Shown here in pieces: positions 41,050 to 49,289 of a stretch of DNA of 64,000 nucleotides. The number at the start of each line of letters is the position of its first letter. Position 1 is the first letter of the stretch. Source of the stretch: Desulfobacterales bacterium (lineage in GTDB: Bacteria > Desulfobacterota > Desulfobacteria > Desulfobacterales > UBA5852); assembly GCA_963674755.2 (NCBI GenBank), contig CAXXVS010000002.1, positions 1,344,001 to 1,408,000 on the forward strand, in the 5' to 3' direction. The translations under genes were made by a program, and so were the position numbers. The notes under the pieces were generated by a model. That model was given only the letters and a program-made list of their open reading frames with translations, searched no databases and was not told the DNA's origin.

Positions 41050-42189
41050 ATGGCGATCACCGCAACCATTGACGTCAGTCAGCAGGATCTGCTGGCAAGT
41101 TTGAAGACATTTGCTACCACCCTTCTCGAACAGGAGGCCATCCAAGCCATCTTGGTCCCCCAGCGGCTTCCCACGAAAGGCATGGTGATGCCCACCCTGG
41201 TGACCGATCCGGCGCACCTGGACGGGCTGGATCCCCTCTCCCCGGCCTTTCCCATGAACGGGGCCAAGGTGCTGGCCAAGCTGACCCGCCGCCCCTCCGG
41301 GGGCAAGATCGCGGCCCTCCTGCGCCCTTGTGAAATGCGCGCCTTCATTGAGCTCGTCAAGCTCAAGCAGGCCCGCACCGAGGACGTCGTATTGATCGGC
41401 CTGGACTGTCTGGGGGCCTTGCGCAACACCGATTATTTCCGCTTCGCGGGCGACGATGCCGAGGCGGCCACACGCCGCTTCACCGAGGCCATGCTGTCCG
41501 GTCAGAACGGCGCCCTGGACGGTATCGAGCTGACCGCCGCCTGCCAGGCCTGTGAAGCCTCGATCCCCACCGTGGCGGACATCGCCATCGGTTTGTGGGG
41601 CGTCGACACCAACCGGCACCTGCTGGTGGAAGCGCAAACCCCGGCCGGGGAGCAACTCTTGCAGCAGATGGGGCTGCCGGCCGGCGAAGTCCCGGCCAAA
41701 CGCCAGGAAGCGCTTAAAAAGCTGCGTGAAACCCGCACGGCCCACCGGGACGAGATGTTTGCCGCCACGGCGGCGGCCACCGACAGCATCGAGAAACTCA
41801 ACGCCTATCTGGCCAATTGCGTCAACTGCTACAATTGCCGGGTGGCCTGTCCGGTCTGCTACTGCAAGGAATGCGTGTTCGTGACGGATGTCTTCAATCA
41901 CGAACCGGCCCAGTATCTGCGCTGGGCCCAGCGTAAGGGGGCCGTCAAAATGCCCACGGACACGGTTTTTTATCACCTGACACGCCTCACCCACATGAGC
42001 ACCGCCTGCGTGGGCTGCGGCCAGTGCTCCAACGCCTGTCCCAACGATATTCCGGTGATGGAGCTCTTCCGGCTGGTGGCCCATCGCACCCAGGACGCCT
42101 TTGCCTACGAAGCCGGCCGGGATGTGACGGAAAAGCCGCCGCTGTCGGAGTTCAAGGAGGATGAATTCCAGGAAGTGGTGGGACTCTAA
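41050..42189 (+). CDS. FdhB/FrhB-like iron-sulfur protein
   Basis: LRPCE, GLDC, ACQAC, CVNCYNCRVACPVCYCKEC, CVGCGQCSNACP. Confidence 0.82.
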   Translation: MAITATIDVSQQDLLASLKTFATTLLEQEAIQAILVPQRLPTKGMVMPTLVTDPAHLDGLDPLSPAFPMNGAKVLAKLTRRPSGGKIAALLRPCEMRAFIELVKLKQARTEDVVLIGLDCLGALRNTDYFRFAGDDAEAATRRFTEAMLSGQNGALDGIELTAACQACEASIPTVADIAIGLWGVDTNRHLLVEAQTPAGEQLLQQMGLPAGEVPAKRQEALKKLRETRTAHRDEMFAATAAATDSIEKLNAYLANCVNCYNCRVACPVCYCKECVFVTDVFNHEPAQYLRWAQRKGAVKMPTDTVFYHLTRLTHMSTACVGCGQCSNACPNDIPVMELFRLVAHRTQDAFAYEAGRDVTEKPPLSEFKEDEFQEVVGL

Positions 42190-42304
42190 GCGCGCATTTC
42201 CCCTGGCGCAACCGGCGCGGGGACCGGGCGTGGCAGCACCCTCGCCTGGTGTGAATACCGGCACTTCCCGCGCCGGACGGCAACAACCGGTGGAGAGAGC
42301 ATCT

Positions 42305-45300
42305 ATGCAGACGAAAATCGGCAAGGCACTTGTGATCGGCGCCGGCATCAGCGGTATTCGTGCCGCCCTGGACCTTGCAGAATTCGGCTACGGGGTCACC
42401 CTCGTCGAGCGCGCGCCGCATATCGGCGGCATCTTGAGCCAGTTGGACTACCAATTCCCGACCGACCGCTGCGGCATGTGCAAAATGCTGCCGCTGGTGG
42501 AGCGGGATGCCGGCTCCCAGTTCTGCCTGCGCAAGGGCTTGTTCCACGACAATATCGATATCCGTCTTTCCACGCAGCTGGCCTCGGTGGAAGGCGAACC
42601 CGGCCAGTTCAAAGTCACCCTGCGCCAGGAGAACAATCCGGTGGACCCGGGACTATGCATCGGCTGCGGCAAATGCGTAGACGTCTGCCCGGTGGAAACA
42701 GAAGACCGCTTCAACGCCGGCCTGGCCAAACGCAAGGCCATCTATCTGCCGGTACCCCATGCGATCCCCAATGCCTACCGCATCGATCCCGCGGTCTGCA
42801 ACCAGTGCGGCGCCTGCCAGAAGGCCTGCCCCACCGGAGCGATTCAGCTGAAAGACGAAGGCCGACAGAATTTCAAAATTCTGGTGGTGGATGACGAGCT
42901 GATCGTGCGCGACTCCCTCAAGGAATGGCTCGAAGTGGAGGGAGGGTTTGCGGTGAGCATGGCCGAGAGCGGTGCCCAAGCCTTGGAGCATATCAAGAAT
43001 GAGGGCTGCCAGCTCATGCTGCTCGACATCAAGATGCCTGGTATGGACGGGGTGGAGGTTCTCCAGAAGGCCAAGGACCTCTTTCCGGAACTGCCCGTGG
43101 TGATGATGACGGCTTACGCCACCGTAGAAACCGCGGTGGAGGCCATGAAGATCGGGGCCCTGGACTACCTTATCAAGCCCTTCGACCCGGATGCTCTGAT
43201 TCCCAAGATCATCCAAATCTATCAGGCCCTGAGCACGCCGGCCGGCCCCGAGTTGGAGGTGGGGGCCATCGTGGTCAGCGGTGGCACCAGCTACTATGAC
43301 CCCGCTCAGGGCAAAGACACCCACGGCTATGCCACCCTGCCGGATGTCGTGACGAGCATCGAATTCGAGCGCCTGCTCAGTGGCACCGGGCCCTCGGCCG
43401 GCAAGCTGGTACGGCCCTCGGACGGGCGTCCCGTGCGTTCCATCGCCTGGCTCCAGTGCGTGGGCTCGCGGGATATCCAGAGCGACGCCGATTTTTGTTC
43501 CACCATCTGCTGCATGTACGCCATCAAGGAGGCCATGGTGGCGCGTCGGCGGGCCGCCGAAGCCGGGGCTTCCATCGACACCGCGATCTACTACATGGAC
43601 ATGCGCACCTTCGGCAAGTCCTTCCAGCGCTACCGGGACCGTTCAGAAGCCGAAGGGGTGGCCTTCAAACGCGGGCGCGTGCATACCGTGGTTCCGGACC
43701 AAACGACCGACGATCTTCAAATCCGCTGGGTGCAGACCGACGGCACGGTACAGGTCGACCATGCCGATCTGGTGGTCCTGAGCATCGGCCAGCGGCCGGC
43801 CGAGGGCGCCCAGGCCCTCATGGAAACCCTGGGCATCGGGGAGAATCCCTGGGGCTTTGCCCGCACCGAACCCTTCTCCCTGACCCGCACCGCGCGTCCC
43901 GGTATCGTAGCCTCGGGCTCGTTTGCCGGTTTGAAGGATATCAGCGAATCCGTCATTCAGGCCAGTGCGGCCGCTCTGGCCGCCTCCCAGACCATTCACA
44001 GCGCCGGCGGCAGCATCGGCATCAAAGAATCCGAAGCCCCGGCCTACGAGAACGTCAGCCGGCAGCTTCCGCGCACCCTGGTGGCGGTCTGCACCTGCGA
44101 CGGTGCCGTTGCCGAACGGATCGACCGCCAAGCCCTGGAGGCCCACCTGACCCGTGATCCCGCCGTGGATCAGGTCCATTTCCAGGAACGCCTTTGCACG
44201 GCCGAGGGCTGGACCGATCTCGAAAAAACGATCCGGCGCCAGCGGCCCAACCGGCTCCTGATCGGCGCCTGTCTGCCCTATGGCTTCGTGCGTAAGCTGA
44301 AACAACTGGGCCGCGATGTTGCCCTGGATCCGCGCCTCATGGAGGTGGTGGACATCCGCACGCACACGCTGGCCGCAGAACCGGACGATGCGTCGACAGG
44401 GCCCGACCTCCCGGCAGCCCTCATCAAACGAACCCTGGCCATGGGTGTCACCCGGTTGCAGCATGCCTCGCCGCTGCCGGTGGCCACGGTACCGGTGTTC
44501 CAACGCGCTCTGGTGGTGGGCGGCGGCATTGCCGGCATGACGGCAGCCCTGTCCATCGCCGACCACGGTTTCGGAGTGGACCTGGTGGAACAGGGCGACC
44601 AACTCGGCGGGAACCTGCACTGGCTGCGCCACACGATCGACGGCGAAGAAACCACCCCCTTGCTCGAAACGACTTGCAGCCGGGTGGAAGGCCATCCCCA
44701 AATCGAGGTCCACACGGCCACCCGCATCGTGGCCGCTTTCGGTCAGGCCGGCGCCTTCTATACCACCCTCGAAGACAGCGAGGGCAAGGCCCGCCAGATC
44801 ACCCACGGGGCTGCTATTCTGGCCACCGGGGGCACTGAGGCCACCACGACCAGCTACGGTTACGGCGCCAGCGAGCGGATCATCACCCAGAAAATCCTGG
44901 AAACCCGGCTCCACGACGGCACCCTCGACCCGAAAGATCTCAAAAGCGTGGTCATGATCCAGTGCGTGGACTCGCGGGAGGAACCCCGCAACTACTGCAG
45001 CCGGGTATGCTGCCCGACCACCCTCAAGCATGCCCTGGCCCTCAAAGCGGCCAACCCCGCGTTGCCCATCGTGGTCTTCTACCGCGACATGATGGCCACC
45101 GGTTTCCTGGAAACCTATTTCACCCAGGCCCGCAAGGCCGGGGTGATCTTCATCCCCTACCGTCTGGACAATAAGCCGCAGGTCACGGCGGCCGGCGACG
45201 GGGGAACGATCGAGGTTGCCGGCCAGGAACCGTTTCTCGATCGACCGGTCACCATTGCAGCGGACCTGCTGGTGCTGGCGACCGGCATCGTACCGGCCCT

Positions 45301-45751
45301 GGCCCCGGAACTGGCCGAAGCCTACGGGGTCGATCGCGACCAGGATGCCTTTTTCCAGCAAGCCGAATCCAAGTGGCGGCCGGTGGATGCCCTCAAGGAA
45401 GGCGTCTTCGCCTGCGGGATCTGCCTGTCCCCGCGCAATGTGGAGGAATCCATCGCCACGGCGGAAGCCGCCGCCGAACGGGCCCTGCGCATCGTGGCCA
45501 GCGAGCGGGTGGCGGCGGGCAGCATCATCGCCGGCGTCCATGAAAGCCTATGCGCGCTGTGCGAACGCTGCATCGAGGCCTGTCCCTACGGCGCCCGGCT
45601 GCTGGATCCGGATGAAGACCGCATCGTGGTCAATCCGGTCATGTGCCAGGGCTGCGGGGCCTGTGCCGCCGTCTGTCCCAATGATGCCGCCTATGTAGAA
45701 GGATTCGATGCCGATCGGCTGTTGGACGTGATCGATGCGGCCCTTAATTAG
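42305..45751 (+). CDS. Tandem HdrA-like flavoprotein with an inserted response-regulator receiver domain
   Basis: Two FAD modules (GAGISG..QCVGSRD..CSTICC; GGGIAG..QCVDSR..CSRVCC), ferredoxin domains, receiver at about 42872-43230; ATG 42305 follows GGAGAG. Confidence 0.9.
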   Translation: MQTKIGKALVIGAGISGIRAALDLAEFGYGVTLVERAPHIGGILSQLDYQFPTDRCGMCKMLPLVERDAGSQFCLRKGLFHDNIDIRLSTQLASVEGEPGQFKVTLRQENNPVDPGLCIGCGKCVDVCPVETEDRFNAGLAKRKAIYLPVPHAIPNAYRIDPAVCNQCGACQKACPTGAIQLKDEGRQNFKILVVDDELIVRDSLKEWLEVEGGFAVSMAESGAQALEHIKNEGCQLMLLDIKMPGMDGVEVLQKAKDLFPELPVVMMTAYATVETAVEAMKIGALDYLIKPFDPDALIPKIIQIYQALSTPAGPELEVGAIVVSGGTSYYDPAQGKDTHGYATLPDVVTSIEFERLLSGTGPSAGKLVRPSDGRPVRSIAWLQCVGSRDIQSDADFCSTICCMYAIKEAMVARRRAAEAGASIDTAIYYMDMRTFGKSFQRYRDRSEAEGVAFKRGRVHTVVPDQTTDDLQIRWVQTDGTVQVDHADLVVLSIGQRPAEGAQALMETLGIGENPWGFARTEPFSLTRTARPGIVASGSFAGLKDISESVIQASAAALAASQTIHSAGGSIGIKESEAPAYENVSRQLPRTLVAVCTCDGAVAERIDRQALEAHLTRDPAVDQVHFQERLCTAEGWTDLEKTIRRQRPNRLLIGACLPYGFVRKLKQLGRDVALDPRLMEVVDIRTHTLAAEPDDASTGPDLPAALIKRTLAMGVTRLQHASPLPVATVPVFQRALVVGGGIAGMTAALSIADHGFGVDLVEQGDQLGGNLHWLRHTIDGEETTPLLETTCSRVEGHPQIEVHTATRIVAAFGQAGAFYTTLEDSEGKARQITHGAAILATGGTEATTTSYGYGASERIITQKILETRLHDGTLDPKDLKSVVMIQCVDSREEPRNYCSRVCCPTTLKHALALKAANPALPIVVFYRDMMATGFLETYFTQARKAGVIFIPYRLDNKPQVTAAGDGGTIEVAGQEPFLDRPVTIAADLLVLATGIVPALAPELAEAYGVDRDQDAFFQQAESKWRPVDALKEGVFACGICLSPRNVEESIATAEAAAERALRIVASERVAAGSIIAGVHESLCALCERCIEACPYGARLLDPDEDRIVVNPVMCQGCGACAAVCPNDAAYVEGFDADRLLDVIDAALN

Positions 45752-45780
45752 ATTATCAAGTTATGAAAACTTACCCAAAT

Positions 45781-45925
45781 AGTGTCCGTCCAGAGATGGT
45801 AGATTTTGGTTCCTGGCAAGGCCGCAGCCGACGGGTGCCCGCAGGCGTAGCCCGGCTACGCCGAGGACCGACAGGAGGCGAGAACGCCGCCAGGGATCGA
45901 AAGATGCCATCTCTGGATGGACACT
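45781..45925. repeat. 145-bp palindromic MITE/REP-like element
   Basis: 19-bp terminal inverted repeats (18/19) AGTGTCCGTCCAGAGATGG / CCATCTCTGGATGGACACT; inner hairpin GGCGTAGCCCGGCTACGCC. Confidence 0.72.
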
Positions 45926-45939
45926 GAAAAGGAGCTGCC

Positions 45940-46524
45940 ATGACTCTCTCGCCCCCCTCCCGCCGGGAAAGCGGGGCCCATCCCGCCCCGGAGGCCCTGG
46001 AGCCCATCCAGGAGAAGATCAGGGCCTGCATCCAGTGCGGGACCTGCACCGCCTCCTGCCCGAACGAATTTGCCATGGATCTCACGCCTCGCCATCTATG
46101 GCGCATGGTGCTCATGGGGGAAACCGAGGCCATCTTCGCCAGCCAGACCTTCACCCTCTGCTCGGCCTGCTACTCCTGCACGCTACGCTGCCCGCGTGGT
46201 CTGCCGCTGACCGAGGCCATGCACGACCTCAAGCAGATGGCCTATCGCGGCCGCATGGCACGCTACAAACCCAGCACCGCCTTTTACGGCCACTTTATGG
46301 ACACCATTCGCCGCCACGGCCGGATCCGGGAAACCGAATTCATCTCCCGCTACTTCATGACCATGGCACCCAGCAAGCCGTTGCTCCCGCTCGGCTATAG
46401 CGGGCTCGGATGGCGGCTGCTGCGTAAAGGAAAAATGGCCATCGAATACCCTTTTGCGGCCCCGGGCAAGCGTTCCCTGGAAAAGGTCTTTCAAAAAGCT
46501 GAAAGCATGGAGGCATCCGAATGA
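45940..46524 (+). CDS. hdrC: Heterodisulfide reductase subunit C-like
   Basis: CIQCGTCTASCP and CSACYSCTLRCP; AAGGAG RBS. Confidence 0.88.
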   Translation: MTLSPPSRRESGAHPAPEALEPIQEKIRACIQCGTCTASCPNEFAMDLTPRHLWRMVLMGETEAIFASQTFTLCSACYSCTLRCPRGLPLTEAMHDLKQMAYRGRMARYKPSTAFYGHFMDTIRRHGRIRETEFISRYFMTMAPSKPLLPLGYSGLGWRLLRKGKMAIEYPFAAPGKRSLEKVFQKAESMEASE

Positions 46525-47402
46525 GCTACCTCTACTATCCCGGCTGTTCGCTGACCGGAACCGCGCGGGAGTACGACCTGGCCACCCGCGCCGTGATGGA
46601 CGCCATGGGTGTCCCGCTCACCGAATTGGAGGAGTGGACCTGCTGCGGGGCCAGTGCCGCCGAAGCCTGCTCCGAGTTGCTGGCCCTGGCCCTGCCGGCT
46701 ATCAATCTGGCGATCGCCGAGAAAATGGACGGCAAGCAGGACGTCCTGGTGCCCTGCAGTGCCTGCTATCTCAATTTAAAAAAAGCCAACGAGACCCTGC
46801 GGCAGGACGGCAAGACCCGGGAACGGGTCAACAGCGTCCTGGCCGAAAAGGAACTAACCCTGAAGGGGTCGGTGGGGGTGCGGCACCTTCTGGACGTGCT
46901 GGCCACCGACCTGGGGGCGGAGACGGTGCGCCGGAAGGTCAAGGTAGACCTGTCGCATCTGACCATCGCCCCCTATTACGGCTGCCAGTGCCTGCGACCC
47001 TATGCGGTGTTCGACGACCCTGAAGAGCCCCGCAGCATGGAACCGCTGATCCGGGCCACGGGGGCCCGGGTGCATCCCTGGCAGATGGGGGCCAAATGCT
47101 GCGGCGCCTCCCACATGAATACCAAGATGGAAGTGGCCCTGGAACTGGTGCACGCCATCCTGCAGGCCGCCCGTGGCGCCGATGCCATCGTGACGGTCTG
47201 CCCCATGTGCCAGATGAACCTGGAGGCCTATCAGGACAAGATCAACCGGCGCTACGGCGACGTATCCTCGGTGACGATTCTCTATTTGCCCCAGTTGATC
47301 GGCATGGCCTTCGGGATTTCCGACGAAGACCTGGGCCTGGGCCTGAACCTGGCCATCGACGACCGTTTTCTTAGCAAACACAAGACAGCCGTCCCGGCCT
47401 GA
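46521..47402 (+). CDS. hdrB: Heterodisulfide reductase subunit B-like
   Basis: YYPGC, two CCG motifs, CSAC, YYGC, CPMC; ATGA overlap with hdrC. Confidence 0.92.
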   Translation: MSYLYYPGCSLTGTAREYDLATRAVMDAMGVPLTELEEWTCCGASAAEACSELLALALPAINLAIAEKMDGKQDVLVPCSACYLNLKKANETLRQDGKTRERVNSVLAEKELTLKGSVGVRHLLDVLATDLGAETVRRKVKVDLSHLTIAPYYGCQCLRPYAVFDDPEEPRSMEPLIRATGARVHPWQMGAKCCGASHMNTKMEVALELVHAILQAARGADAIVTVCPMCQMNLEAYQDKINRRYGDVSSVTILYLPQLIGMAFGISDEDLGLGLNLAIDDRFLSKHKTAVPA

Positions 47403-47524
47403 GTGTGCAGCGGCTCATATGGGAGTCGAGATGAAAAGAGAATTCCTGCATAATCGAAAAAGGTATCAAGGAAAACTTGGTGGGCGTCCAATGCTGGATT
47501 TCAGAAGCTGCGGCATGTTTCCCT

Positions 47525-47711
47525 TTGTCCCCGCGCCGAGTATCGGCGATGGGGCCGCAGAAAAACGCGCGGACCTGTTTGAGTCCGCCGCAGGCCGGCG
47601 AGTTTCCGCGTGCTCCGGCCTCGACGAGGACGCGCAGGACAGCCCCGTAAGGGCCGCGGGATACGGGCGTCTCCTTCTGGCTCGCTTTCTTCCACGTGGA
47701 AGAAAATGAAC
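47525..47711. repeat. Structured intergenic element with nested hairpins
   Basis: CGCCG-caggc-CGGCG, GCCC-cgtaa-GGGC and a perfect 20-bp palindrome TTTCTTCCACGTGGAAGAAA (47686-47705); boundaries approximate. Confidence 0.5.
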
Positions 47712-47799
47712 AGAAAGGCATGGGCAAAAGACAAAACCTATCCTGTCCCTCCATTTGAGGGGACGTTCACGGTTTAAACGAAGCATAAAGGAGATCATC

Positions 47800-49098
47800 A
47801 TGGGCGAAGCAGCCATCCAAATCGAACCTGAACGGTCCAGTGCCTTCCTATATCACGTGAAGGAGATGCTGCCGGAGGGTGGCAATCTGGACCTCTGTCT
47901 GACCTGCGGAGCCTGCGCGTCGGGGTGCCCGGCCACCGGCCTGCACGGCATGGACCCGCGCAAATTCCTGCGCATGGCCGCCCTGGGTCTGGACGAGGAG
48001 ATCACCAGCACGCCATGGGTCTGGATGTGCAGCATGTGCCAGCGCTGCATCTATGTCTGCCCCATGAAAATCGACATTCCGGCCCTGGTTTACCAGGCGC
48101 GGGCCGCCTGGCCGCGCGAAGAGCGCCCCAAGGGCATCCTGGGATCCTGCGACATGGCCCTGCGCAACGAAAGCTGCAGTGCCATGGGCGCTTCGCCGGA
48201 AGATTTCCAGTTTGTGGTGGAGGACGTTCTGGAGGAAGTCCGTGAAAGCCAGCCCGGCTTCGAAGACCTGCAGGCTCCCGTCGACAAGCAGGGGGCCCAC
48301 TTCTTCCTGAACCAGAACTCCCGGGAACCGGTCACCGAGCCGGATGAAATGGTCCCGCTCTGGAAGATCCTGCACCATGTCGGGGCGGACTGGACTTATG
48401 GCAGCAAAGGCTGGGGGGGAGAAAACTACTGCATGTTCCTGGCCGACGACGAGAACTGGAAACACGTGGTGGCCACCAGCATCGGGCAGGCCAACGACCT
48501 GGGGTGCAAGGTCTACCTCAACACCGAGTGAGGGCACGTCACGTACGCTGTCCGGGCCGGACAGAAAAAATTCAACATCGCCACCGATCTTGAAATTGCC
48601 AGTATCTACCAATACTACGCCCGCTGGATTCGGGAAGGCAAACTCAACGTCAACAGCGACTGGAATAAAGATCTGAAAATCAAGTTCACGGTGCAGGATC
48701 CCTGCCAGATCGTGCGCAAGAGCTACGGCGATCCCGTGGCCGACGATCTGCGCTACGTCGTCAAGACCCTGGTGGGGGAAGATAATTTCATCGACATGTA
48801 TCCCAACAAATCCAATAACTACTGCTGCGGGGGCGGAGGTGGCTTTTTGCAGTCGGGCTACAACGAAGAACGACGAGAATACGGCCGTCTCAAACTGGAC
48901 CAGATTCTGGCCACCGGGGCTGACTACTGCATCGCGGCCTGTCACAACTGCCATGCCCAGATCCACGATCTGGCCGAACATTTCGAGGCCGCCTATCACA
49001 CCGTGCACCTGTGGACGCTGATTTGCCTGTCTTTGGGGATTTTGGGTGAAAATGAACGGGAGTACCTCGGGCCGGATTTGGCCGAAGTCGGTTTATAG
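47800..49098 (+). CDS. HdrD/DsrK/GlpC-like Fe-S oxidoreductase, selenoprotein (Sec244), 432 aa
   Basis: 2x[4Fe-4S] N-terminus; in-frame TGA at 48529-48531 within N-T-E-U-G-H; frame stays open into DPC..CCGGGG..CHNC; AAGGAG RBS before ATG 47800. Confidence 0.9.
48532..48564 (+). promoter_or_regulatory. Bacterial SECIS-like hairpin
   Basis: CTGTCCG-GGC-CGGACAG (48548-48564): 7-bp stem, G-starting loop 23 nt after the UGA. Confidence 0.75.
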
Positions 49099-49289
49099 AG
49101 GAGGAAGAGATGCATGCCGTACCATCTGCGGTGAGTCACTGCCCCGTTCATTAGGCAGATCCGCAGATGATCCGCCAACGTCCGGCTGTCATGGCATAAT
49201 GAAACGGCGTGCCACCGCATCTCCCTCAATGGCACGACCGGGCTTTGTTTTGATCCCGCGGACGGTCGCTGAAAGAAAAAACAATTATT

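Noticed and set aside
42161..42304. 48-aa N-terminal extension of receiver-HdrA
   Set aside because: Overlaps the upstream gene, is low complexity, and a good RBS precedes ATG 42305
48529..48690. Nonsense pseudogene or two separate genes
   Set aside because: The TGA sits at a position expected to be Cys, the frame stays open and a SECIS-like hairpin follows; selenocysteine explains it better
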